Source: Octopus sinensis (Eukaryota). From it: a DNA stretch of 64,000 bases. Below are positions 40,927 to 54,134 of this stretch, one piece after another. How positions within the stretch are numbered: position 1 is the first letter of the stretch; each line of letters opens with the position of its first letter. The DNA lies in NCBI RefSeq assembly GCF_006345805.1, contig NC_043017.1:2232001-2296000 (forward strand), given 5' to 3'. The notes beneath the pieces were generated by a model, which did no database searches, was not told the DNA's origin, and saw only the letters and a program-made list of their open reading frames with translations. Both the position numbers and the translations under genes were made by a program.

Positions 40927-41493
40927 AACATTATATCTGCATATGACATGTCTATATGATTCCAAATCCATGAGAAATCCAGAAATATCTGAAGCCAACC
41001 ACCTCTACAAGACACTATTAGACCAATATTTAGTACCTCTCTCTTTAATTATTCTTTATTCTTTAACCGTTTTTTGCTTCTTTTTTCTAACGTTGATTCT
41101 TAAGTATTTCTTCAGTCAGAATTAAGCTAGTTATTAAAATTAATAATCAAACAACGCCGCCCCTCCGCCCCCACCTGAACCCACGCTCATTAAGATTAGG
41201 CTAAAACTCTTCTTTTTTAATGTATTCTGCATCTGCTTTCCTCTTTCCTTCTTTTTTCCTTTTTTCTCTTCTTTATTTTTTCTTTTTGATTAATTATTAA
41301 TTATGATCATGATATAAGCGTTTTGATTTGTTTATTTTCGTTATAGCTGTCATTAGTTTTGTTCTTGATGTTGTTTTTGTTTTTTTCTTCTTCTTCTCTT
41401 CTTCTTCTTCTTCTTCTTCTTCTTCTTCTTCTTCTTCTTCTTCTTCTTCTTTTTCTTCTTCTTTTCCTTCTTTTTCTTCTCATTATTATTATT

Positions 41494-41559
<66 letters not shown>

Positions 41560-42114
41560 GAGTGAGAGAGCAGTTCATGCCATCAAAGTGACACTGGGGT
41601 AAAATATACGAAGCCCAATATACCCATCATGACTACCCGTCTGATAAAGGTACACCAGGCACATGCATCACAACCATATGTGCGCGACATGGTGATCTCA
41701 TATCAAGATAAACAGCACATGACCTTGCAGGTGGGGCCCAGTTAGAATTTTCTTCAGGTTGAGTAGCCCATCCCGCTCAAACGGTCTCTGAATAAGGGTT
41801 GTTTAAGGATGTTGAAAGAACCACCCATGTTTCCAGAGGTGAACTATTCAAACCCCAAAGAATCCCTCTCAACACATGGCTATGATGCTCCCCCACTACT
41901 TCTGCTCGTGATCAGAGATGCACATATCGTCAGCCACTAAGGGACATGCTCAACTGGTTATGGTCAAACAACTGACAAGCAAATCTGTGGTATTGAGCAG
42001 AATATTTGCTGTAGCCCATCTTTTATACCAAGACAAAACAATGTACATGATAACACTTCCAATCAGTTAAGATCAGAAGCCATGAGAGCCACTGCCTGGT
42101 ACTGCATCAGGGCA
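41560..42114 (-). mobile_element. Apparently full-length 555-bp non-coding element flanked by (AAT)n on both sides
   Basis: Sharp boundaries attattattg|agtgagag and catcagggca|attattatt; second copy at 2351-2812. Confidence 0.8.
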
Positions 42115-42221
42115 ATTATTATTATTATTATTATTATTATTGGTTTCTGCTATTGTTGTAGTGATAGTAATTTTAATGTCAGTTGTATGAACAACATCGT
42201 CGTCATCGTTAAAGTCATCAC

Positions 42222-42262
<41 letters not shown>

Positions 42263-43772
42263 CCATTTTCAATAGCAGCAACAGCAGTGGTAGTACACCA
42301 CCCCATACTTCATTCCTTTTTACTCCACCAACAAACCGACCTTACCTCACCCCCTCCCCCGACCGCTCCAAAACCGCCCCCCCCCTACTTATTATATTTT
42401 ATCAATTTATTTTTATTCTTAAGAATCGGTCTCTCTTCATTAAAGCAGCTTTTCAGTAACTCATCTTGCAATGCTTTTCTGTCATAAACACATGTTCACT
42501 TATATTACAGATAATTCTTCGCCGTTTCCCCTACCTCACCCATCATATTTTCCTTCATTCTCTCCTTCCGTATTTCCTCCCGATTTCTCTTTCTCTTTTT
42601 TTCAATTTTTCAATTTTTTTCCTCCGCCCCCCCCCTCTACATCGCTTCTCGACTTTGTTTATTCTTCTCTTTCAATTTGCTTCTTATTCTTTTTCTCACT
42701 TTATACATTCACCTTTCTTCTGTTTTTCTCTACCAATTCCTTCCCTTCTGTCTACGAAATTTTTCTCTCTGATTTCTCTATATTTCGACTTTCTTTATTT
42801 CTCTCCTCTCTGACTTTTCCTCTTCCAATCTTTTATTTTCCATTTCTTCATTCCTTTCTTCCTTCCTAACTTCCTCTCTCGTTTATATTTATGTATCTGT
42901 TTATTTCAGAGCTTTCTATCCCTATTCTCTTCCACCACCCTCCTGTCTCTCCTTATTTTTTGCTAATTTTTTTCTCACATTTCATTTTTTTCACTTCTTG
43001 CTCGCTCATTCATATTTTTTCCAAGTTATATTCGCAGGACCATCCTCCAACCGCTGCTGTTGTTGTTGCCAATATTGCCATCCTCTCTTCGATATATTTA
43101 AATATTTAGCTAATGCATGTTTTCACTATTTCTTTACGTATGGATTTTCATATTTTTTTCTTTCTTTATTTTCAGAAATTAATATTTATTTTAAATTTCA
43201 ATTTTATTTTTAAATGATTAATTAAATTTGATAAGAAGCTTATCATTGTTCTTGTAACTGTTAATGTCGTAGCTGTCACAGCCATTAACATCAATTCCGG
43301 ATTAGAAGAATGACGACTCTTTGTTTGTTCCTGTTGTCATTGTTTTGTTTTGAGTATTAGTATTTCGTTATTATTATTTTGGGAGCTTTCTACATTTTTT
43401 TCTCTTTCTTTTTATCTATTTTTATTTCTCTTGCAATCTTTTGCTGTGTCGTTTTTTTTTTTCGTTTTATTTCAGTTTTTATTTCTCTTATTGTTCTTGT
43501 TCCGGAAGTGAAGTCTGGAATAACTGAAATGATCATAAAATCTTCACAGAGCGAATGAAATGAAAATAAAATAAAAATAGCAAAATAAAATGGAATGAAA
43601 TTTAAAAAAAACTCCCAAAATGACCACACCCACCCCTAGTTTGTAACTCATTAAATATTTCTACCAGGTGTGAAGGAAAAATAGTCTCGGATAAAACTGA
43701 AATTAAACCTCCTTTTTTTAATTTATTAAGCGACAGCCAATGATGGAGTGAAGGCAGAGTACATTAACAGTA

Positions 43773-43816
<44 letters not shown>

Positions 43817-44236
43817 TTTGTGTGTGTGTGTTTGTATGCGTATGTGCATGCGTGCACGTTCGTGTACATTTGGTTGGTGAGATAACTGGTTAGACGATTT
43901 TGATGACTTAGGCTGTCGGCTCAGTGACTGGATAGATTGACAGATGTTCGGGTTGATAAATGGATGTGTGATTTGTGAGCGTGTTTGTGTGTGTATGCGT
44001 GTGTTATGTGTGTGTGCGCCCGCACATATATACACACACACACGTGTGTAATTGTGTGTGTATATTACAGGTTAATATATGTTTGTATCTTGGTGTGCGC
44101 ACAGGTTTTTGTGTTTGCATACTCTATTGGCAATCTGTTTCGAAATTTTCTACTCTTACATCGTCAGAACACTAATTATTACAAATGATTTTATATATAT
44201 ATATATATATAATATATATATATATATAATATATAT

Positions 44237-44284
<48 letters not shown>

Positions 44285-44288
<4 letters not shown>

Positions 44289-44668
44289 CCGGAAAGTTCG
44301 TGCCGATTTATAGTTGCTTACCTTTCGACTTATCTTAGAACATCGTAGAGTCCATAAAATAGGATTTGACTACACCTCCATTTAGAGCACAGTTCAAGCT
44401 ATCTTTTCGGGGAAGAAGGTTTATGTTCCTATGACCTGTGTTAATTCTTTAACCCTTTAAAATGGAAGATAAGAAAGTTCATTTTCGGCACTTGATGCTT
44501 TCGGAGCAGACAAAAATTGCTGCAGCTCGGCTGGGATGTGTTACCTCACCCTCCATATTCACCAGATATTGCTCCTTTTGATCTCCACTTATTCAGGTCT
44601 CTGTAGAATAGTCTTAATGGTAAAAATGTCAATTCCTTGGATGATACCTTGATGAATTCTTTGCCATG
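44285..44668 (+). mobile_element. Second copy of the internally deleted mariner, 3'-truncated
   Basis: Same TIR and same deletion breakpoint as 14056-14625; RQKLLQLGWDVLPHPPYSPDIAP; followed by a family B SINE fragment (44669-44760). Confidence 0.9.
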
Positions 44669-45444
44669 CTTCGCGTCATTTCGTTCGCCTTTACATTTGG
44701 AATTCAAATTTCGCCGAGGTCCACTTTTTATTTCATCCTTTCGGATTCGATGAAAAAATAATTATAGTCGTAGGAATGGCAGTGTGATAAGAGTGGAGAA
44801 AGTATAATCAGATATATAATATGATTTTTTAATAAGGGTAAATGAACTTTCAGCGGTACATAGAAATTGCTATTGGAATAGCAAATTTCGATATAAACAT
44901 TCTTCAGTTGGATAAAGATAATAGTTATATTTCTCTCCTTCTTGTTCGCTTAAGTATTTTAACCAAGAACAATCTCCATGAAATAAGCTATTATCGTTAG
45001 ATTACTGGACGAAACTATTTAAAGCTGAAAATTCACTTTCGAAGACTCATATCTTGTTGACGGCCAATCCATTTTATGTTATCATACAGCCATCATAAAT
45101 ATACGTTTATATAAGCGAAAACAATATTTGATATGAATTCATTGATGTACGTCCGGTCTTTAAACATAATGATATTAGAAACTGTAAAATATTATACATA
45201 AGCAGGTATGGGAATACATCAATCTTTAAACTCATGTTAATAAGGGCTGCAATATTTGTGTATAGGAGTTTAAACACCAATATCTTATTACTCTGTTTAT
45301 CGAAACTTGTGTTGAGATATTTTAAAATCCACAATGGCTGAACGACGGGAAAGCTTGTAGCATATTGTTACAAATTGGACCCAAATCAAGGGATCCTTTA
45401 TCTTTCTTCTACTGCATCTCATTTTTTGCATCTTATATGTTTTT

Positions 45445-45660
45445 ATCTGTTTGAGCCATCATACAGCGGCCATGCTGGGACAATGCCTTTAAAGACTTTT
45501 AGTCGAATGTATAAGCCCGTGTACTTTTTTTTTCTTCTTTAAAAGTGTTATTTATTCTATCAGTCACTTTCGCCGAAATGCTAGTTAATAGTACGTAAAC
45601 ACAACAGAATTTATCAAGGGGTTGAATCATAAATACAAAGGCACACACACACACGCACAC
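45445..45660 (-). mobile_element. Degenerate SINE family A 3' half
   Basis: gcggccatgctggg...tagtcgaa...cgccgaaatgctag...cgtaaacacaac. Confidence 0.6.
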
Positions 45661-45735
45661 ATATCGGAGGATATTTAAAGGATAAATCCATGCATTTCAC
45701 TACACTTGTCAATTGTAGAACACGACTGTCACTAC

Positions 45736-45777
45736 ATAAACCTGACGATTGTGTAACGCATGAAAGTACTAGTTTAT
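45736..45777 (+). ncRNA. Minimal type-I hammerhead ribozyme motif with intact core
   Basis: AUAAAC-CUGACGA-U-UGUG(UAA)CGCA-U-GAA-AGUACU-A^GUUUAU: 6-bp helix I, 4-bp helix II, palindromic helix III. Confidence 0.85.
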
Positions 45778-45849
45778 TTTCATATAGTCAAATTGTAACA
45801 GAATGCCGCTAACAGTTTGCCAGCTCGCCGATTTAAAATGCATATTGAT

Positions 45850-46340
45850 AACGAAAAATTTTGACGGGGAGAAATTTTGACACCGGGAAAGTTTGACTGA
45901 AGAAAATATTGACAGCGAGATGTCGACAGCGTACAGGTTTATTTTTGTTTTCTGTTTTTTTTTGTTTTTTTTTTATTCACGCAACTATTAATGACGGAAA
46001 TATTGACAGATAGTGTTTTTTTTACACAAAATATAACGAAATTCGCAAATTCCGACACGGAGAAATTCTAACTAAGGGTGATAATGATAGCAGATATATT
46101 GACGGAGAAAATAAATGACGGAAATAAATAAATGACGGAAATATTGACAGCGAGTGTTTTTGCACAAAATATTTTCTGACATTGGCAAATTTCGACAACG
46201 AGAAATTCTGACTAAGGGTGATAACGAAAGCAGATATATTGACGGAGAAATTAAATGACGGAATAGACATATTGAGGTCGGAAAATTTTGACTCCGAGAA
46301 AATATAAAAGAGGAAAATATTGAACAAGGAAAATATTGAA
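45850..46340. repeat. TTGAC/GACGGA subrepeat field including a 141-bp tandem duplication
   Basis: Units start at 45991 and 46132 (atgacggaaatattgacag...ctaagggtgataa...attgacggagaaa). Confidence 0.75.
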
Positions 46341-46782
46341 ATGTAAATAATAATAGTGTTTCAACTAACTCTGGAGTATTGATTTTCGTTCCTCCAACAT
46401 TAGTTTCCAGCATCTACACACTTACTTAGCTATCGAAATAAAGCTAATCTCTGTTATTGATTCTCCTACATTCGGAGATCAATTACCTATTTAAACTCCC
46501 ATTTAGCAATTTCTTGCGCTATTCTATTTATTAATTATTCTTACATCATATCATAACAGATATTATATTACATTATATTATGTGATATTATATTATATTA
46601 TATTATACTCGATATTATTTATGTTCTTTTTTTTATTGTTTAATCTACTTTGTAGAAACGCCAACAATAAAAAATATATATATAAATAATCTCTTTCATA
46701 AAGTAACCAGGTATATATCAGATTTAAATAGAAATTGCGAAGATCACACAGAAACATACTCACACATACATACATACATACA

Positions 46783-46816
<34 letters not shown>

Positions 46817-47097
46817 CATATACATATATACATATACATATATATAAATATATATATACATGCATACATTTACATATATATATATATATTTCTACGCACG
46901 CACACACACATCTACATTTCTTTGTATATCTATATATGCATATATATATATATGTATATATGCATACACATACACACATGTGTGTGCGTATTTATATACA
47001 TATATATACATATATACATATATATATATGTATATAATTTATGCATACATATACACACCGATATGTATGTGTATAATTATATGTGCATGTATGTATG

Positions 47098-47156
<59 letters not shown>

Positions 47157-47519
47157 ATATGTGTGTGTATGCATGTATGTACATATATAAATGTATGTAT
47201 GCATTCGCTGCCGAGGTTGTTTCTTTATACGTTCTCTATGATGTTCTTCTTCGTCTTGTTGCCTGTTATCTTTATGTTTGTGATGCTTTTTAAGGCTTTG
47301 CTAATAGATTGCGTTAGCGTTCGATGGCGGGTGGCGATGATGATGATGATGATGGCGACGGTGAACCGAAGTGGATGCGATGGAGATGGCGTGCGGATGG
47401 ATGATTTGAATATTAATATAGAAATCAAATATGTTGTTAGGAGGTTATAAAACTGAGATAGTAAATAATAAGATATTCAATAAATCATTGAGTCAACAAA
47501 AGGAGATGGGGAATGTTGA

Positions 47520-47960
47520 GCAAGTGGTGGTGGTGGTGTGGTGGTGGTGGTGGCGGTTGTGGTGCCGGTAGTGGTTGTTTTGTGATGGTGATGCTGGTGT
47601 GGTGTGGTGTGATTGTGGTGGTGATGATGATAAGGGGGAAGGTGGTGAGGGTGGTGATGGAGGTGGTGATTGCAGTAGTTTAGGTGGTGGTGGTGGTGGT
47701 AGTGGTGAAAATGTAGGTAATGGTGTTGATGATGGAGGTGGTGGTGGTGGTGGTGGTAGGGATGGTAGTGGTGGTGGTGGTGGCGGCGGTGATGGCCGTG
47801 GTGGTAGTAGTGGGGGGGGGGGCGGTGGTAATGAGGGTTACGGTGTCAGTGGCGTTGGTATGATGGTGGTGGCGGTGATGCCCGTGGTGGTAGTAGTGGT
47901 GGTGGTGGTGGTGGTGATGGAGCTGGCGGTTATGGTGGAGTGCAGTCGGGATGGCCACGG
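47520..47960. repeat. Imperfect (GGT)n microsatellite
   Basis: Explains the Gly/Val/His/Thr-rich ORFs. Confidence 0.85.
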
Positions 47961-48526
47961 TGTTGCAGGTGAGGTTAAATACGTTCCTTTACGACGAATC
48001 TTTATTTATTACCGTTTTATATGAAGCAAAAGAAGAAAAAGAAGAAGAAAAAACAATATAAACAAATACGAAAAGAAAAAATATTAAAACAACAACAACA
48101 ACAACAACAACAATCATGGAGTGAGAAATTAAGTGAGAAACAATATTGCTTACAGAAGTTGAAACGGAATTAATATCGATGATGAGGAATTTTTGTAAAC
48201 ACACCCGCAATCTTGTGTATAGAGCAGGATGTATACGCATGTACGTACTGAAATACGTAGGAATTTATAGACACCCATTCACACAGCCATATGCGAGATG
48301 AATCTGTACGCTTAATATCTTTCTCTGTAGGTCTCTTATTTAGTTATCACTAACTTGAGATTTATCTACCATCTGAGAGTAAACACTCCGCACGTACGTA
48401 CACACAGACGCCACACGCGCACATGCTCCCACAAACATATATATAATTACATATATATATATATATATATATATTCACATATATACATATATACACACAC
48501 ATATATATGTATATGTATATGCATGT

Positions 48527-48584
<58 letters not shown>

Positions 48585-48715
48585 CATACATATATATATA
48601 TACATATACATATTCACAGACACATATATATATATATATGTATATATGTTCGTCTATGTGCATAATCTATGTATATACATATGCATATATATAACTATAT
48701 GTATGTATGTGTGTA

Positions 48716-48804
<89 letters not shown>

Positions 48805-49045
48805 GTGTATATATATCTGTATATGTATGTATACGTATATATATATCATACATATAAAGCAGCACATTTAATATATGAAAGACAAACAAGAGCGCAGATA
48901 TACATCAACAATCATTCATACATTCCTATATAGATACACACACACATAAACACACATGCACACACATACATATACTTCGATACGTATGTATAAATATATG
49001 AATATTAATATGTATATATGTATATATATGTATATATATGTATGT

Positions 49046-49112
<67 letters not shown>

Positions 49113-49432
49113 TAGATATATTATACATACAAACATATGCATATACATATACGTAACATATAAATGTATTAGATATACAGATAGCTACATACATGTGCAT
49201 CTTTATATATTAGTAACGGTCATGGTCTGCTAGTTCCAGAACTGTTGGGTCACAGTATCTCGTCGCTCCCATGTGTGCATACGTGGAGTCGTTACATGGG
49301 GAAGAGCTGTGAATGAAATATGCACGCGTTATTACAATCGTATATAGACATATATATATACACCCATTTCCGAGCACAAAGCGGTAAAAACAAATACGCA
49401 TCAACATATTCATATATATGTATATATATATA

Positions 49433-49662
49433 TACCGGAGTAAACACATAAATGTGAAACAAGGTGGAAAAAAGAGTACTCAAATACCAGTGGTAGAGTA
49501 ATATGCTTTATTTTAAGCAGCAGAAAATTCAACAAAATCTGTTACTCTGAGTTTCTCGTTGCCGTTCATCGGACAGTTTTTGCTAGAAAAAACTGTCTGA
49601 TGAACGGCAACGAGAAACTCAGAGTAACATATTTTGTTGAATTTTCTGCTGCTTAAAATAAA

Positions 49663-49663
<1 letters not shown>
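49433..49663. mobile_element. Penelope-like element with inverted 76-bp arms, embedded in (TA)n
   Basis: Arms at 49506-49581 and 49588-49663 around gctag; each arm carries a hammerhead-like motif. Confidence 0.75.
49593..49630 (+). ncRNA. Type-I hammerhead-like motif
   Basis: CUGU-CUGAUGA-A-CG(GCAA)CG-A-GAA-ACUC(A)GAGU-A^ACAU; the mirror copy at 49539-49576 (-) has CCGAUGA and a perfect CUGU/ACAG helix I. Confidence 0.65.
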
Positions 49664-49719
<56 letters not shown>

Positions 49720-49736
49720 GTATGTAAATGTATATG

Positions 49737-49777
<41 letters not shown>

Positions 49778-49809
49778 ATATATGTATACGTATATATATA
49801 TATATATAG

Positions 49810-49845
<36 letters not shown>

Positions 49846-50084
49846 ATATATATATATATATTTGTGTACCATTGTATATGTAGTTATGTGTGTGTATTTT
49901 AAGTAAATATTGAAATGGGAAAATAATATTTAAATCTCAATAAATATCCATGTAAACATAAATCTGACTTGGAACAATTTATCAATTAATTATTATCTGT
50001 AACACATTTCAGAGAATATTTACGTATATGTGTGTGTGTATACAAATAAGTATGTATGTGTGTATGTATGATTGCTTGCATACA

Positions 50085-51182
50085 CGATAACGATGACAGC
50101 AGTAATGATGGCACGGATGATGATGATGATGATGATGATGATGGTGATCATCATGGTGATGATGATGATAATGATGATGATTATGGTGATGATGATGATG
50201 ATGATAATGATGGTGATGGTGATGATGAAGATAATGATGGTGATGATGATGATGATGATAATAATGGTGATGGTGATGATGATGATGATGATGATGATGG
50301 TAATCATGATGATGATGATGGAGGTGATGATGATGATGATAATGGTGATTGTGACGATGATGATGATGATGATGGTGGTGATGATGATGATGATCATGAT
50401 GATCATGATGATCATGATAGTGGTGATGATGATGATGATGATGGTGATGGTGATCATGATGATGATAATGGTGATTGTGACGATGATGATGATGATGATG
50501 ATGGTGGTGATGGTGATGATGATCATGATGATCATGATAGTGGTGATGATGATGATGATGATGGTGATGGTGATGATGATGATGATGACAATGATGAGGA
50601 TGACAATGATGATGATTATGATGATGATGATGGTGATCATCATGGTGATGATGATGATGATGGTGATGATGATGAAGATAATGATGGTGATGGTGATGAT
50701 CATGATGATGATGATGGTGGTGATGATGATGATGATGATCATGATGATGATGATCATGATGATGATGATGGTGGTGATGATGATCATGATGATGATGGTG
50801 ATGGTGATGATGATCATGATGATCATGATGATGATGGTGATGGTGATGATGATGATGATGACGATGATGGTGATGATGATGATGATGATGATGATGATAA
50901 TGATGATGGTGATGTTGGTGATGATGTTGACGGTGATGATGATGGTGATTGTGATGATGACGTTGATGATGATAGCGATGGCGTAGGTGATGAGGAAGAT
51001 GATGATGATGATGATGATGGTGATGGTGATGGTGGTGATGATGTGATGATGATGATGTTGATGATGGTGATGGTGATGGTGATGGTGAGGATGAGGATGA
51101 TGATGATGATATTGATGGTGATGGTGATGATGATGATGATGATGATAGAGAATGATGATGATGATGGTGATGATGATGATGG

Positions 51183-51223
<41 letters not shown>

Positions 51224-51255
51224 GTGATGACGATGTTGATGATAATGATTCAAAA
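50085..51255. repeat. About 1.2-kb degenerate (GAT)n array with internal higher-order duplications
   Basis: GAT/GGT/CAT/AAT triplets; a 126-bp block is repeated at 50341 and 50467. Confidence 0.9.
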
Positions 51256-51334
51256 TAGTTTCAAAATGACAAAAAACACTCCAACCACTCTCAAAACATC
51301 CTCTTCTCAGTGAAACTCCAGGCTTTTTACAACT

Positions 51335-51399
<65 letters not shown>

Positions 51400-51743
51400 C
51401 ATATATAATGTATGAATTTTCAACAAATATATGTCATTCATTATGAATCTCTCGAAATAGATAAAAGCTTTAAATATATCATTTTTATCCTACTTTCTAA
51501 CTACTTTATTTTCCTTAATGTATACACACATACACACATGCACACACACACCCCAAACACACACACATACACATACACACATGTATATGTATATAAAAAT
51601 CATAAAAACTCCGAATATGCCTCATGACATTTTATGGCTTATATCCTCCTCATCAAAAATTCAAACGACTGGATCTTCTGTATTTCAACTGCATGGACAC
51701 TCCACAGTCCATTTCTCAGTATTAGATTAATATATGGTCCGTT

Positions 51744-52367
51744 AAGGGCGGTGAGCTGGCAAAATTTTTAGCGATATTCCGTCTGTTGTTTAGGTTCTGA
51801 GTTCAAATTCCACTGAGGTCAACTTTACCTTTCATCTTTTCGGGGTCGATAAATTGAATACCAGTTGCGTACTGTGGTAGGACTAATTGACTGGCCATCT
51901 CCCCAAAAAATTTCGGGCCTTGTGCCTAGAGAAAAAAATAGTATTTAATGGCGGCGAACTGGCAGAAGCGTTAGCACGCCAGGTTAATTTCTTAGCGGTA
52001 TTTCGTCTGCCGCTACGTTCTGGGTTCAAATTCCGCCGGGGTCGACTTTGTCTTTCATCCTTTCGGGGTCGATCAAATAAGTACCAGTTACGCACTGGGG
52101 TCGATATAATCGACTTAATCCATTTGTCTGTCCTTGTTTGTCCCCTCTGTGTGCAATAAAGAAATTAGAAACATTAGCATGCCGTGCAAAATGCTTAGCG
52201 TTATTTAGTCTGCCTTTTACGTTCTGAGTTCAAATTCCGCCGTGGTTGACTTTACCTTTAATCCTTTCGGGACCGATAAATTAAGTACCAGTTGCGTACT
52301 GGCGTTGATGAAATTGATTGATGCCCTCTCCAAAAATTTTGGGCCTTGTGCCTAGAGTACGAAAGAA
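51744..52367 (+). mobile_element. Three tandem SINE family B units
   Basis: Units at about 51744 (tail 2), 51949 (tail 1) and 52168 (5'-truncated at agaaacattagc, tail 2). Confidence 0.88.
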
Positions 52368-52479
52368 TATGTGGTCCTTAGCCAATCCGTTAGAAGAGTT
52401 TTATATGTATATATACACATATGCACATAAGCATATGTGCCTGTGTCTCTATCTATATGTATTATTACCCGTCTGGGGG

Positions 52480-52835
52480 TCTACGCTTTATCCTTCCACT
52501 CGAACGATTAAAAGATGGCGGCCACAGTGAAGTTGTACGCAAGGAACGAACGATTTCCAGAGGTTTGGTGTTCCAGTGACAGCGGATTTGATGCAATGGT
52601 CTTTGTGAAGCCAAGGAGTGGACACTTAATGTGGCAATATAAATGGGAAGGCAGCGCGAGTCGAGCCAGCTTCGAGAAGAGAGACAGAGTCCACTGTATT
52701 AATGGCAGAAAAAAGTAGAGATAAGATAACACGTCTGTAGATGAGAGACTGGGGTGTGCTGGTGAGAAACTTCATTTCAATCAATCGAATGGCCTTTCTT
52801 TGGATTCTGCATAATCGCTCTGAGACTAATAAAGT
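52480..52835 (-). mobile_element. CR1-group LINE 3' coding remnant
   Basis: RIQRKAIRLI...LTSTPQSLIYRRV.LSL...PNLWKS matches the post-RT RIQ.KAIRLI...LTS.LQSL.HRR.V..LSLFY...LWNSLP pattern. Confidence 0.6.
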
Positions 52836-53289
52836 GGCATTGTTTCCAATTATTACACCCAAGGGAAATAATTTCAGCCGAACAATATCGGCCATATTAT
52901 GGTAATAGAAAAAGTAAGAGGAGAATAAAAAAAAATGTAAAAATTTCAAATATAAATATTCATAATTTGAAAATATAGAAAAATTACATTCTGTGTCTTC
53001 CTTCATATCTTAATTTCTTCCATCTTTCAAAGACATCTCATTTTAGTATATTCCATGTAGGTCACTCAACTCTCTGGGTCTGTTAGTTTTTTCTTTCTAC
53101 TTCCCCACCTCTCTCTCTTTCTCTCTGTCTTTCTCTCTCTCTCTCTCTGTCTCTCTCTCTCTTTCATTGTACATAAACGTGTGTATTCGCATGTGTGCAT
53201 AGAAACAGACGCACGCACAAACACACACACATGCGCACACACAAACATATATCTTATGTGTGTGCGTGTATGTGTGTGTGTGTGTGTGT

Positions 53290-53324
<35 letters not shown>

Positions 53325-53331
<7 letters not shown>

Positions 53332-53487
53332 TAAGAATCTTGCTTCCCAATCACATGGTTCCGGGTTCAATCTCTTGGGCAACTGCCTTCTATTATAGCC
53401 TCGAACCCAACAAAGCCTTGTGAGTAGATTTAGTAGACGGAAACAGAAAGAAGCTCATCTTATATATATATATAGATATATATATAT

Positions 53488-53540
<53 letters not shown>

Positions 53541-53775
53541 CTTATGTGTGCGTATGTGCGTGTGTGTGAGCGTGTCTGTGTTTGTACCCCCGCCATAGTT
53601 TGACAACCGATGCTGGTGTGTTTATGTTGCCGCAATTTAGCTGTTCTGGAAAAGAGACCGAAAGAGTAAGTACTAGCCTTGCAAAGAATGAGCCCTGGTG
53701 TGGATATCTCCGACTTTAAGGTGGTGCTCCAGCATGGCCGCACTCAAATAACTGAAACAACTAAAACAATAAATG
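53325..53775 (+). mobile_element. SINE family A
   Basis: gtgtggtaagaatcttgc...ggttccgggttcaa...ttgggcaactgcc...gcatggccgcactcaaataactgaaac. Confidence 0.88.
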
Positions 53776-53971
53776 AATTAAAGAATCTATCTATCTATCT
53801 TTCTATCCATCTATCTATCGATCTAGTGATCGTTTTTTTTTCTTTTTATGATCCCTTTTGATCGAAAACCTACCCCCACTTTATATTCATTTTTTTTCTC
53901 CCCAAAAAGAAAAGCTCTAATTTGTAATTTGTCCCCTCTGTGTTCAGCCCTGTGTGGCTATTAAAGAAACA

Positions 53972-54033
<62 letters not shown>

Positions 54034-54034
54034 G

Positions 54035-54094
<60 letters not shown>

Positions 54095-54102
54095 ATACAT
54101 AT

Positions 54103-54134
<32 letters not shown>

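Noticed and set aside
42050-42114. Loose resemblance of the 555-bp element end to U2 snRNA (atcagttaagatc; cctggtactgca)
   Set aside because: Only short scattered word matches; no branch-point recognition sequence or Sm site at the right spacing.
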